Of a DNA stretch of 64,000 nucleotides, positions 9,411 to 19,051 are shown piece after piece (the stretch's first letter is position 1; every line of letters begins with the position of its first letter). The notes below the pieces were generated by a model. It saw only the letters and a program-made list of their open reading frames with translations. It was not told where the DNA came from and searched no databases. Source of the DNA: Alphaproteobacteria bacterium (lineage in GTDB: Bacteria > Pseudomonadota > Alphaproteobacteria > Micropepsales > Micropepsaceae); assembly GCA_947474565.1 (NCBI GenBank), contig CANJIS010000009.1, positions 2,178 to 66,177 on the forward strand, read 5' to 3'. The position numbers and the translations under genes are program-made.

Positions 9411-10664
9411 TTAAGTCAAAATGCCGATCATGCATGCGGACAATCCGCTGGCCAGCGTACCCGAAATCATCGCCTTGAAGCAGAGCGGAACAATTTCGTC
9501 ACGCCGCTCCGGGATCAAGGCGCTGATGCCGGCGATAAGAATGCCGACGCTGCCAGGATTGGCAAAGCCGCACAGGGCATAGAGCATGATCAACGAGGTG
9601 CGGGGTTCAAGAGTTCCCTGCGGCATGGCCGCCATATGGAGATAGGCCACCAGCTCGTTCATCACCGCCTTGATGCCCATCAGGCTGCCGGCCGCCAGCG
9701 CTTCATGCCAGGGCACGCCGTAAAGCCAGACCAGCGGCGCGAACAGCAGACCCAATATCCGCTCGAGCGTGATCGGCGCGCCAGCGATATTGGGCAAAAA
9801 GGCCAGTGCCTGATCGGCCAACGACACCAGCGCCAGCATCACGATCAGCAGCGCCAAAATCTGCAGATAGATTTTCATGCCGTCTTCCGTGCCGCGCGCC
9901 ACAGCATCCATGCTGGAGCGATAGCCGAGATCGGCGGGCGCGTTCTCGGTGGCGGCATCGCCCGGCACCATCAGGCGGGCGATCAGTACCGCCGCCGGCA
10001 TCGCCATCATGGAGGCCACCAGCACATAGCCAAGCGCGCCGGGAATGGTTCCGGACAACACGGTGGCATAGACCAGGAACATGGTGCCCGCCACGGAGGC
10101 CAGGCCAACCGTGAACAGAATGAACAACTCGGTGCGGGTCATGCGCGGCAGGCAGGGCCGGATCAGCAGCGGCGCCTCGATCATGCCCAGGAACACCGTG
10201 GTGCCCACGCCCAAGGCGGTGGCGCCACCCAGGCGAAGCGTCTTTCGCAAGATGAAGGCAAGCCCGCCCACAATCAGCGGCAATATCCGCCAGTACCAGA
10301 GCAGCGCCGACAGAGCCGAGATGACGATGACCAGCGGCATCACTCCGAAAGCGAAATTGGTCAGCGCCGCCGGGTTGGTGACATGGAAGGGTGTGGGCCC
10401 GCCGCCGGCATAACCAAAAACAAAAGCGGTCCCGGTCTGTGTGGCTTTGAACAGCGCCGAGACCAGATTGTTTAGCCCCAGCAAGGCCTGACGCGCCAAA
10501 GGCAGCTTCAGCAACACCAGTGCGATGGCGGCCTGAAGCGCCAGCGCGCTGGCGACCAGGCGGAAAGAGAAGGCGCGCCGGTTTTCGGACAGGGCCCAGG
10601 CGATGAAAATGATGACCGCAATGCCGAGCACGGGCTGAAGATGAAGAAGAATGGTTTCGGACAT
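9411..10664 (-). CDS. Concentrative nucleoside transporter (NupC/CNT family)
   Basis: VFLGMIEAP, GLASVAG, GIKAVMNELVAY, YALCGFAN. Confidence 0.92.
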   Translation of the reverse strand: MSETILLHLQPVLGIAVIIFIAWALSENRRAFSFRLVASALALQAAIALVLLKLPLARQALLGLNNLVSALFKATQTGTAFVFGYAGGGPTPFHVTNPAALTNFAFGVMPLVIVISALSALLWYWRILPLIVGGLAFILRKTLRLGGATALGVGTTVFLGMIEAPLLIRPCLPRMTRTELFILFTVGLASVAGTMFLVYATVLSGTIPGALGYVLVASMMAMPAAVLIARLMVPGDAATENAPADLGYRSSMDAVARGTEDGMKIYLQILALLIVMLALVSLADQALAFLPNIAGAPITLERILGLLFAPLVWLYGVPWHEALAAGSLMGIKAVMNELVAYLHMAAMPQGTLEPRTSLIMLYALCGFANPGSVGILIAGISALIPERRDEIVPLCFKAMISGTLASGLSACMIGILT

Positions 10665-10746
10665 CGGGCCCCGCTCAGTACGATCCTAACCGATTCGCCC
10701 GCGACAGAAGCGGCGATGCGCATTAGGTTCATTCGTCGGGGGAAGT

Positions 10747-11904
10747 GTGGCTAGCCAGGACAAACCGGTTGAAATTCGGGCCTTGTCCGGCGTGCGGGCC
10801 ATTCCGCCGCTGCTGATTATCCTGTTTCATTTCAGCGAAGGCCATCACTACACCAACATTCGCTTGTTCGATCTGCTGGTGGCCCGTGGCTATCTGTGGG
10901 TGGAGTTCTTTTTCACCCTGTCGGGGTTTGTTCTTACCCATGTCTATGGCGCGCGACTGGCGCAGCTATTCTCGCCCGGCGGCTTTCGCGATTTTGTCCG
11001 GGCGCGGCTGACGCGGCTTTATCCCCTGCATCTGTTCATGCTGCTGGCGCTGCTGGTGCTGATGGAATGTGCGCGGCTGGCGGCGTCTGCCGGCGGCTAT
11101 CTTTCCTATTACGACGCGAAATATCACCCCGATATGAGCGCGATGGGATTCCTGCTCAGCGTGTTTCTGGTCCATGCCTGGAACACGATGGAAAACCTGA
11201 CCTGGAACGGGGCGTCCTGGTTCGTCAGCGTCGAATTCGCGCTGTGCCTGATGTTTCCCCTTTTCGCCTGGTTCGCAAATGGCCGCATTTGGCGCGGTTT
11301 TGCGTTGATCGCAGCGGGCGTGGCCGGGCTTTACATGCTGTCCATCACATCGGGGCATGGGCTGGACATCACCTTCCGCAATGGCGTGCTGCGCGGCATG
11401 GGCGCTTTTTCGGTGGGTGTGGGCATGGCGGTGCTGTACCGGGAGCTAAAACCGCGTGACACAATACCCGTCTGGGCACATTCCCTGATCCAGGGAGCTT
11501 TGGTTGCGGCCCTGCTCTATGCCTTTTGGAATGTCGGCTGGTCGCACAATAGCCGCGACATCTGGCCGGTGCTGCCCATGATGGCGCTGGTGCTGGCGCT
11601 GGCCTTCGATCGCGGCTGCGTGGCAGCCGCGCTTCAGACCCGTATCCCGCAGGCCATGGGTGCATGGTCTTATGCGATTTACATGGGGCAGACCTTTTGG
11701 CTCCAGATGATCCGGATTTTCGAGCAAAGACTTTATCCGCCGCCGGACACCTTGGTGTTGGGCATGCGCTTTGGGGACCTGATCTGGGGCCTGGAGCCGG
11801 CGCTGCTGGTTGTGGTCTGCATTGCCTGGGGCGCATTGCTGGAGAAATTTATCGAGCAGCCGGCGGCGACATGGCTAAAACCCGCACGCAAGAATCCGAA
11901 ATAA
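10747..11904 (+). CDS. Acyltransferase family 3 membrane protein
   Basis: LSGVRA, VEFFFTLSGFVL, SWFVSVEF, SYAIY; multiple TM segments. Confidence 0.88.
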   Translation: MASQDKPVEIRALSGVRAIPPLLIILFHFSEGHHYTNIRLFDLLVARGYLWVEFFFTLSGFVLTHVYGARLAQLFSPGGFRDFVRARLTRLYPLHLFMLLALLVLMECARLAASAGGYLSYYDAKYHPDMSAMGFLLSVFLVHAWNTMENLTWNGASWFVSVEFALCLMFPLFAWFANGRIWRGFALIAAGVAGLYMLSITSGHGLDITFRNGVLRGMGAFSVGVGMAVLYRELKPRDTIPVWAHSLIQGALVAALLYAFWNVGWSHNSRDIWPVLPMMALVLALAFDRGCVAAALQTRIPQAMGAWSYAIYMGQTFWLQMIRIFEQRLYPPPDTLVLGMRFGDLIWGLEPALLVVVCIAWGALLEKFIEQPAATWLKPARKNPK

Positions 11905-11949
11905 AAATTCCCACTTGCCGAGTACGAGTTGTTGCGGCAACTTGAGCGC

Positions 11950-12489
11950 ATGAACGATCTCGCGCTGAGTCTCAGACAGGCGCGGCCTTCAGACGCCGCT
12001 GACCTGGCGCGCATCTACGTTGAATCCTGGCAAGATACTTACGCAGGAATTTTTCCCCACAATCTTCTGGCCGCCATGTCGGTCAAGACTCATACGGCGC
12101 GCTGGCAAAACCAGTTGCACACGCCCGGCGCGGTGATCGTGGCCGAAGAAAAATCCCATGGCGTTATCGGTCTGGCCAGCCTGGGCAGCGCGCGCAACAA
12201 CAGCCTGGGTTTTGAAGGCGAGATCTACACCCTTTATGTCGACCCGGCGTTTTTCGGCCTCGGCACGGGCAAGAAATTGCTGCACGGAGCTTTCACCGCC
12301 CTCAAAGAGCAAAAATTCCAGTCCTGCCTGGTGTGGAGTCATGCCCGCAACAATGCCTGCTTCTTCTATGAAGCGATGGGCGGACAGCGCGTGGCGGAAC
12401 GTGTCACAAAACTGGGCGGCGAACCCACGCCGGAAGTGGCGTTCGGCTGGAAACGGCTAGCGACCAGCTCGAGAAAGTTGGCGATTTAA
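11950..12489 (+). CDS. GNAT family N-acetyltransferase
   Basis: EIYTLYVDPAFFGLGTGKKLL; ACFFYEAMGG. Confidence 0.88.
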   Translation: MNDLALSLRQARPSDAADLARIYVESWQDTYAGIFPHNLLAAMSVKTHTARWQNQLHTPGAVIVAEEKSHGVIGLASLGSARNNSLGFEGEIYTLYVDPAFFGLGTGKKLLHGAFTALKEQKFQSCLVWSHARNNACFFYEAMGGQRVAERVTKLGGEPTPEVAFGWKRLATSSRKLAI

Positions 12490-13008
12490 TTACAGATCCT
12501 TCGGCCGCACGAAATCGGCGAGCTTGCCATCGCCGGGGCTGATGGCGCGCCATTTGTCGATATCGAAATCCAGCACCGCCATGGCGGCGGTGGGAAATTT
12601 TTCTTCCAGCACATCGCGGCGCTCGCGTTCCTTGCGCTGCACCGGCTCGCGCGCCAGCCTTGTGGCCAGATCCTCTATTCCGGGGTTGTGGCCCACCACC
12701 ATCAACTCAGCGATGTTGGAAGGTGCCGCCTGTATCGCCGCCAGGATTTTTCCGGGCTCGGCGAGATAGAGCGCATCGCGATAGTCCACCTCCGCTTCGA
12801 TCTCGCGCAGCACCAGATCGGCGGTCTGGCGGGTGCGGGCGGCGGTGGAGACCAGAAGCAGCTTCGGCTCGAAGCCGCTTTTGCGTAAGTAGCGGCCCAT
12901 GGCGCCGGCATCATGCATCCCGCGCACGGTCAATTCACGGGCATGATCGTCCAGCTCCGGGTCGGCCGGCACGGCCTTGGCGTGGCGCAGAAGGTAAAGA
13001 TGCTTCAT
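12490..13008 (-). CDS. sixA: Histidine phosphatase, SixA-like
   Basis: LYLLRHAKA, STAARTRQTA, VVGHNPG. Confidence 0.85.
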   Translation of the reverse strand: MKHLYLLRHAKAVPADPELDDHARELTVRGMHDAGAMGRYLRKSGFEPKLLLVSTAARTRQTADLVLREIEAEVDYRDALYLAEPGKILAAIQAAPSNIAELMVVGHNPGIEDLATRLAREPVQRKERERRDVLEEKFPTAAMAVLDFDIDKWRAISPGDGKLADFVRPKDL

Positions 13009-13111
13009 CCTGGACTCATGGTGTCGCCGCATAACCGGCTTGCAGAGAGCCTAAGGAACTTGACCCAAGCCCTGCAAGCACGCGAAAACCTTGGAAGGAC
13101 AGGAAAAATCC

Positions 13112-14305
13112 ATGGCCACCAACAAAAAGCCCAATAACTGGAAAAAGCGCACCCTGGCAGTCAGGGCCGGGACCATGCGCACCCCCTTCCAGGAGACATC
13201 CGAGGCGCTGTTCCTCACCTCCGGCTATGCCTATGAAGCGCCGGAGGAAGCGGAAGCCCGCTTCAAGGGCGAGATTGGCGGTTATCAATATAGCCGCTTC
13301 GGCAATCCCACTGTTTCCATGTTTGAAGAGCGCATGGCGGCACTGGAAGGCGCCGAGGTCGGCCGCGCGACTGCGACCGGAATGGCGGCGGTGTCCAGCG
13401 TATTGCTGGCCGGACTGAAGACCGGCGATCATGTTGTGGCGGCGCGGGCGATGTTCGGCTCCTGCCTGCATGTGGTCGAGCAGATCCTTCCCCGCTTCGG
13501 CATCACCCATACGCTGGTAGATGGCAGCGATGTCGGCGCCTGGGAAAAGGCGATGAAGCCTGAAACCAGGATGCTTTTCCTGGAAACGCCGTCCAATCCA
13601 ACTCTGTCCATTGTGGATTTGAAGGGCGTGTCGAAAATCGCCGACAAGCACGGCGCGCTGGTGGTGGTGGACAACGCCTTCGCCACCCCGGCGCTGCAGC
13701 GGCCGATCGAATTCGGTGCGCACATCGTGGTGCATTCCACCACAAAATTTATCGATGGCCAGGGCCGCGCCCTGGGCGGCATGATTTTGTGCGACAAGAA
13801 ATTCCTGGACGATCATCTCCAGACTTTCCTGCGCAACACCGGCCCCTCGATCAGCCCGTTCAATGCCTGGCTGCATTTGAAGAGTCTTGAGACGCTGGAT
13901 CTGCGGATGCGCGCCCATTGCGAAAGCGCCGCCAAGGTTTCCGATTTCCTGGCCGGCCATCGCAAGGTGACGCGGGTGCTGTATCCGTTCCGCCCCGATC
14001 ACCCGCAGCACAATCTGGCCCGCGCCCAAATGGAAGGCGGCGGCGGCGTGGTGGCGTTTGAAGTCGAAGGCGGCAAGAAGGCGGCGTTCAAGCTTGGCAA
14101 CGCGCTGGGGCTGATCGATGTCTCCAACAATCTGGGTGACGCCAAAAGCCTGATCACCCATCCCGAAACCACCACCCACCAGAAGCTGACGCCGGAAGCG
14201 CGCGCGGCGCTGGGCGTGACATCCGGCCTGTTGCGGCTGTCGGTGGGGCTGGAAGATGCCGATGATATTTGCAGTGATCTGGATCAAGCATTGAAGGTGG
14301 CCTGA
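13112..14305 (+). CDS. metZ: O-succinylhomoserine sulfhydrylase
   Basis: ETSEALFLTSGY, YSRFGNPT, HSTTKFIDGQGR, NNLGDAKSLITHP. Confidence 0.93.
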   Translation: MATNKKPNNWKKRTLAVRAGTMRTPFQETSEALFLTSGYAYEAPEEAEARFKGEIGGYQYSRFGNPTVSMFEERMAALEGAEVGRATATGMAAVSSVLLAGLKTGDHVVAARAMFGSCLHVVEQILPRFGITHTLVDGSDVGAWEKAMKPETRMLFLETPSNPTLSIVDLKGVSKIADKHGALVVVDNAFATPALQRPIEFGAHIVVHSTTKFIDGQGRALGGMILCDKKFLDDHLQTFLRNTGPSISPFNAWLHLKSLETLDLRMRAHCESAAKVSDFLAGHRKVTRVLYPFRPDHPQHNLARAQMEGGGGVVAFEVEGGKKAAFKLGNALGLIDVSNNLGDAKSLITHPETTTHQKLTPEARAALGVTSGLLRLSVGLEDADDICSDLDQALKVA

Positions 14306-14742
14306 TGGCGGAACATAAAATCGCGCTGAGCTGGGAACGTGGCGACAAGCCCTTCACCTATGAAGGCTATTCCCGCAATCACGCCATCACCTTCAAGAAT
14401 GAAGCGCCGGTGACTTTCTCCACCTCGCCCACCTACAAGGGCGATCCCAGCAAGGGCGATCCCGAAGATCTGCTGGTGGCGGCGCTTTCCTCCTGTCACA
14501 TGCTCAGTTTCCTGGCAATCGCCTGCAAAAAGAAAGTGACCGTCGATTCTTACCAGGACGATGCCGTCGGATTTCTGGAAAATGACGGCGGAAAATTATG
14601 GATGACGCGTGCAGTGCTGCGGCCGCTGGTGAAATCCAGTGCCGATGCCGCGCTGCTGGCCGAGATTCACCATCTGGCGCATGAAGCCTGTTTTATAGCC
14701 AATTCGGTGAAAACGGTTGTCACCGTGGAACCGCGCGAATAA
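14305..14742 (+). CDS. OsmC family protein
   Basis: DPEDLLVAALSSCHMLSFL; AHEACFIANSV; TGATG coupling to metZ. Confidence 0.9.
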   Translation: MAEHKIALSWERGDKPFTYEGYSRNHAITFKNEAPVTFSTSPTYKGDPSKGDPEDLLVAALSSCHMLSFLAIACKKKVTVDSYQDDAVGFLENDGGKLWMTRAVLRPLVKSSADAALLAEIHHLAHEACFIANSVKTVVTVEPRE

Positions 14743-14770
14743 CCGCGTTAACCCGCCGCGCCCTTTCTGC

Positions 14771-14798
14771 TTGCGCCATTTCGGGAAGGGTCCATAAT
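14771..14798 (+). promoter_or_regulatory. Promoter of apaG; predicted leaderless mRNA
   Basis: TTGCGC-N16-CATAAT, then 7 nt to ATG; no SD. Confidence 0.55.
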
Positions 14799-14805
14799 TA
14801 TCGCC

Positions 14806-15198
14806 ATGTATGAACGTGAAACCCGCAAGATCCGCGTCGCGGTAAAACCGGCCTATTTGGACGATCAGTCCGATCCGGATGATAGCCGCTTTGTCTGGTC
14901 TTACACCGTCACCATTGAGAACCATGGGCCGGAATCGGTTCAGTTGATGTCGCGCTATTGGAGCGTCACCGATGGCGCCGGCGTGATCCGCGAAGTGCGC
15001 GGCCCCGGCGTGGTGGGCGCGCAGCCGGTGATCGCACCGGGCGAAAAATTCCAATACACCAGCGGTTGCCCGCTGGAGACCGCTTCGGGCGTGATGATGG
15101 GCCGCTATCAGATGAAGGCCGCGTCGGGCGAAGCATTTGAGGCGGAAATTCCGGCCTTCCTGCTGGAAAGCCCCTACGAGCAGCGACAGATTCACTAA
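14806..15198 (+). CDS. apaG: ApaG protein
   Basis: YTVTIEN, RYWSVTD, GPGVVGAQP, YTSGCPL. Confidence 0.96.
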   Translation: MYERETRKIRVAVKPAYLDDQSDPDDSRFVWSYTVTIENHGPESVQLMSRYWSVTDGAGVIREVRGPGVVGAQPVIAPGEKFQYTSGCPLETASGVMMGRYQMKAASGEAFEAEIPAFLLESPYEQRQIH

Positions 15199-15218
15199 AG
15201 TCCCTGTCTATTGAAAGG

Positions 15219-15248
15219 TTGCAATGTGGCTGTCAGGCCGCGTTTAAT
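15219..15248 (+). promoter_or_regulatory. Promoter of folE; predicted leaderless mRNA
   Basis: TTGCAA-N18-TTTAAT, then 7 nt to ATG 15256; no SD. Confidence 0.45.
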
Positions 15249-15255
15249 CCTTGCC

Positions 15256-15882
15256 ATGAGCCCCAAGATAATTATGCCCAAAGCGCCCCTGCCCAAGCGC
15301 CCTTCGCGCCAGGAAGCAGAGAAGGCCATCGAAACCCTGTTGCGCTGGGCAGGCGATGATCCGCGCCGCGAAGGCCTGGTCGATACGCCGGCACGCGTGG
15401 CGCGCGCCTTCGAAGACTGGTTTTCCGGCTATGGCCAGGATCCCGAGGAATATCTCAAGCGCACCTTCGAGGAGATCGAAGGCTATGACGATATGGTGGT
15501 GCTGAAAGACATTCGCTTTGAAAGCCATTGCGAGCATCATCTGGCGCCCATCATCGGCCGCGCCCATGTCGGTTACCTGCCCACCAAGCGGGTGGTGGGA
15601 ATCTCCAAGCTGGCGCGGGTGGTGGAAGCCTATGCGCGGCGGCTGCAGGTGCAGGAAAAAATGAATGCCCAGATCGCCAACACCATCAACAAGGTGCTCA
15701 AGCCCAAGGGCGTGGCGGTGGTGATCGAAGCGGGGCATCAATGCATGACCACGCGCGGCGTGCACAAGACCGGCGTTACCATGGTGACATCCACCATGCT
15801 GGGCGCGTTTCGCAGCAATGACTCGACGCGAAAAGAATTCCTGACAGTGATCGGCAATCCCACCTCGCGCGAAGACCGCTAA
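15256..15882 (+). CDS. folE: GTP cyclohydrolase I
   Basis: [38 protein letters not shown]. Confidence 0.97.
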   Translation: MSPKIIMPKAPLPKRPSRQEAEKAIETLLRWAGDDPRREGLVDTPARVARAFEDWFSGYGQDPEEYLKRTFEEIEGYDDMVVLKDIRFESHCEHHLAPIIGRAHVGYLPTKRVVGISKLARVVEAYARRLQVQEKMNAQIANTINKVLKPKGVAVVIEAGHQCMTTRGVHKTGVTMVTSTMLGAFRSNDSTRKEFLTVIGNPTSREDR

Positions 15883-15891
15883 GGTTCACCG

Positions 15892-17031
15892 ATGAGCGCC
15901 CTCGATCTGGTCAAGACGCTCATCGGATTCGATACCACCAGCCGTGGCTCCAACCTGGAGCTGATCAGCTTCGCCCGCGACCTGCTGGAGAAAAGCGGCG
16001 CGCGCTGCCGCCTGACGCCGGACGCCACCGGCAAAAAGGCCAATCTGTTCGCCACGTTTGGACCGGACGGCGGTGGCGGCTTTGTGCTGTCAGGCCATAC
16101 CGATGTCGTGCCGGTGGATGGGCAGGACTGGTCCAGTGATCCCTTCAAGCCGGAAGTGCGGGACGGAAAACTGTATGGCCGCGGTGCGTGCGACATGAAG
16201 GGCTTTGTCGGGGTGGCGCTATCGCTGGCGCCCGAGATCGCCAAAGCCAAATTGAAGCGGCCCGTGCATTTCGCCCTTTCCTATGACGAGGAAGTGGGCT
16301 GTGTCGGCGTCACCGGATTGCTGGAAGACTTGAAAAAGGCCGGGATCAAGCCTGCGCTGGCGCTGGTGGGTGAACCGACCTTGATGAAGATCGTGGGCGC
16401 GCATAAAGGCGGCGCCAAGCTTACCACCACATGCTGCGGCCGGGAGCATCATTCCAGCGCGCCGGAAAAAGGCGCCAATGCGGTGATGATGGCGGGCGAA
16501 TTCGTGGCCATGCTGGACGATGTCTGGAACGGGCTGCGCGCCGATGCCGATCCGCGTTTCGATCCGTCCCATTCCACGGTGCAGGCCACCGTGATCGAAG
16601 GCGGCACTGCGGTGAATATCCTGGCGCGCGAGGCCGAAGTGACCTGGGAATATCGCTGCCTGCCCGATCGCGATCCGGAAAAGATTTTACAGACTGTGCG
16701 GGAGCGGGCTGACAGTCTTCTGACCAAGTATCGCGCCCGCGCATCGGAAGCGGCGTTCAATACCGAACTGCATGCCCAATATCCCGGGCTGGTGATGGAC
16801 GAGGATTCGCCGGCGGTGCGGCTGGCGCGAGAATTGACCGGCGCCAACCAGGTCGAAGCCGTATCCTATGGCACCGAAGCCGGGCATTTCCAGGCCTATG
16901 GCATTCCGGCGGTGATCTGCGGGCCGGGCTCCATCGAACAGGCGCACCGGCCGGATGAGTTCTGCGCGTTAAGCGAACTCGAGGCGTGCGAGAAGTTCTT
17001 GAGGAAAGTGATCGCCAAAGCGACCGCTTGA
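15892..17031 (+). CDS. argE: Acetylornithine deacetylase (M20 family)
   Basis: SGHTDVVP, GRGACDMKG, DEEVGC, VGEPT, YGTEAG, QAHRPDE. Confidence 0.92.
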   Translation: MSALDLVKTLIGFDTTSRGSNLELISFARDLLEKSGARCRLTPDATGKKANLFATFGPDGGGGFVLSGHTDVVPVDGQDWSSDPFKPEVRDGKLYGRGACDMKGFVGVALSLAPEIAKAKLKRPVHFALSYDEEVGCVGVTGLLEDLKKAGIKPALALVGEPTLMKIVGAHKGGAKLTTTCCGREHHSSAPEKGANAVMMAGEFVAMLDDVWNGLRADADPRFDPSHSTVQATVIEGGTAVNILAREAEVTWEYRCLPDRDPEKILQTVRERADSLLTKYRARASEAAFNTELHAQYPGLVMDEDSPAVRLARELTGANQVEAVSYGTEAGHFQAYGIPAVICGPGSIEQAHRPDEFCALSELEACEKFLRKVIAKATA

Positions 17032-17037
17032 TTCTTG

Positions 17038-17082
17038 CCGCGCTTGTGCGCGGCGCTGGATTCCCGTTTTCGCGGGAATGAC
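17038..17082. repeat. REP/dRS3-like palindromic element between convergent argE and hslO
   Basis: gccgcgc-ttgt-gcgcggc hairpin, then ctggATTCCC-gttttcgc-GGGAATgac (ATTCCC-N8-GGGAAT). Confidence 0.7.
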
Positions 17083-17085
17083 AAT

Positions 17086-18039
17086 TTAAAGAGAGGCCGG
17101 CGCGATTTCGTGGGTGGCGCCGCAGAACTCACAACGGGCGCGGATCATGCCATCGGGATCGGCCAGAGTGGCGCGCTCGTCCGGGGCATAGGATTTCAGC
17201 ACCTGCGCAATACGCTCGGGCGCGCAATCGCAACGGAAAGCGATGGGCAGCGCCGGCTGCACCATGACTTCGTCTTCGTGAAAAAGCCGCCAGAGCACGG
17301 TTTCGGGCGCCAGGCTGACATCCAGCAATTCCAGATCTTCGACGGTTTTCAGGATCAGCGACAGGCGCTGCCAGTCGTCACTGGTCTGCATGTCTTCGGG
17401 CGCGGCGCCGGGCTTGGCGGATTCCGGGGTCATCTGCAGCATGATGCCGGCAGCGCGCCAGTGCGGTTGCTTGTCGCCCGCCAGATAGAGCGGGGCTGCC
17501 GCCAGCCGGATCACGGTGGGAAGCTGTTCCGACTGGGTGAAATAGATTTCAGCGGACGCGGCGATGCCTTCGGGCGAAAGCGCGACAATGCCCTGATAGG
17601 TGTTGCCGCCGCGCCTGGGCTCGATGGTGATCGCCATGGAACCCTGGCCCAGCAACTGCGTGAAATCGGGATTTTGCAAGGCGTCGAAGCGCGCCTGATC
17701 CAGCCGGGCATGGCCGCGCACACCGCGCTCTTTGGCCCCATCTTCATGATCAGGATCCTCGCCGTAATAATCAGCAGCAACCAGATCGAGCGGTCCGTGG
17801 GCTTTGGTCTGCACTGTGAGGCGGCCATCCAGCTTCAGGGCGGTGCCCAGAAGAGCGCTGAGCGCCAAGGCCTCGCCCACGATGCGGGCAGCCGGCTCCG
17901 GCAGGGCATGCGCGGACAAGGCGCGGGCCGAGGCCAGGTCGAGACGAACCAGCCGCCCCCGCACGCCGGCTTTGGCGATGTCGAAAGGCAGGACGAAGTC
18001 GCCGGTGGCGGCGATGACGGTGTTGGCGGCTTGAGACAT
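17086..18039 (-). CDS. hslO: Hsp33 redox chaperone
   Basis: VRGRLVRL, YQGIV, QSEQLP, zinc motif CDC...CEFC. Confidence 0.95.
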   Translation of the reverse strand: MSQAANTVIAATGDFVLPFDIAKAGVRGRLVRLDLASARALSAHALPEPAARIVGEALALSALLGTALKLDGRLTVQTKAHGPLDLVAADYYGEDPDHEDGAKERGVRGHARLDQARFDALQNPDFTQLLGQGSMAITIEPRRGGNTYQGIVALSPEGIAASAEIYFTQSEQLPTVIRLAAAPLYLAGDKQPHWRAAGIMLQMTPESAKPGAAPEDMQTSDDWQRLSLILKTVEDLELLDVSLAPETVLWRLFHEDEVMVQPALPIAFRCDCAPERIAQVLKSYAPDERATLADPDGMIRARCEFCGATHEIAPASL

Positions 18040-18045
18040 CGACCC

Positions 18046-18075
18046 TATATGGCGGGCGAACCGGCGATTTTCAAC
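18046..18075 (-). promoter_or_regulatory. Sigma32-type promoter of hslO; predicted leaderless mRNA
   Basis: GTTGAAA-N16-CCATATA, then 6 nt to ATG 18039; no SD. Confidence 0.65.
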
Positions 18076-18112
18076 TTACATGCCCTCAAGCAGCGAAGCG
18101 GTAGGGCAAACG

Positions 18113-19051
18113 TTAAGTTAAAGCCCAGGCCAGGATGGCCTTCTGGGCGTGGAGGCGGTTCTCGGCCTCGTCGAACACCACCGATTGCGGCCCGTCGATC
18201 ACTTCGTCGGTGACTTCCTCGCCGCGATGGGCGGGCAGGCAATGCATGAAGATGGCATCTTTCTTGGCCAGCTTCATCAGCGCGCCATTCACCTGATAGG
18301 GCTTGAGCAGATTGTGCCGCTTGGTGGCGTTGTCGTCACCCATTGAGACCCAGGCGTCGGACACGATGCAATCGGCGCCTTCCACGGCGGCCTGCGGATC
18401 ATGACCCATTTCCACATTCCTGGAATTTTTCAGCCAATCGCGCAGTTCGGGATCGGCGGAGAGTTCCTTGGGCGACGCCACCTTGAGCTTGAAGTTGAAC
18501 TTCACCGCTGCATGCGCCCAGCTGGTCAGGACATTGTTGCTGTCACCGCTCCAGGCGACGCTGGCGCCGGTGATGGGGCCCCTATGCTCCTCAAAGGTCA
18601 TCACATCCGCCATCACCTGGCAGGGATGGGACCATTTGGTCAGGCCGTTGATCACCGGAATGGTGGCGTTGATTGCCAGCTCTTCCACCATTTCATGGTC
18701 GAGCAGGCGGATCATCACGGCATCGACATAACGGGAGATCACCCGCGCCGTGTCGGCGATGGTTTCCTCGCGCGCCAACTGCATTTCGTTGCCGGTCAGC
18801 ATCAGGGCGCTGCCGCCCAGCTGCCGCGCTGCCATATCGAATGAGATGCGGGTGCGGGTGGATTGCTTGTCGAAGATCATCGCCAGCACTTTGCCGTCCA
18901 GCGGGCGATCGGCATCGGCCTGGCCGCGCGGCAGACCGCGGCGCGCGGCCTTGCGGGCCTTGGCGTCGTCGATCAGGGCGCGCAGCATCGCCGGATCGTG
19001 ATCGGAGATATCCAGGAAATGCCGGGGCGCGGTGCGGACGGGGGCGTTCAT
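18113..19051 (-). CDS. argF: Ornithine carbamoyltransferase
   Basis: [36 protein letters not shown]. Confidence 0.97.
   Translation of the reverse strand: MNAPVRTAPRHFLDISDHDPAMLRALIDDAKARKAARRGLPRGQADADRPLDGKVLAMIFDKQSTRTRISFDMAARQLGGSALMLTGNEMQLAREETIADTARVISRYVDAVMIRLLDHEMVEELAINATIPVINGLTKWSHPCQVMADVMTFEEHRGPITGASVAWSGDSNNVLTSWAHAAVKFNFKLKVASPKELSADPELRDWLKNSRNVEMGHDPQAAVEGADCIVSDAWVSMGDDNATKRHNLLKPYQVNGALMKLAKKDAIFMHCLPAHRGEEVTDEVIDGPQSVVFDEAENRLHAQKAILAWALT

Noticed and set aside
13019-13070. SAM-II (SAM-alpha) riboswitch before metZ
   Set aside because: ccggcttgcag resembles part of it, but the GUGGUGAUUU and AAUCGCUAAA pseudoknot strands are absent.
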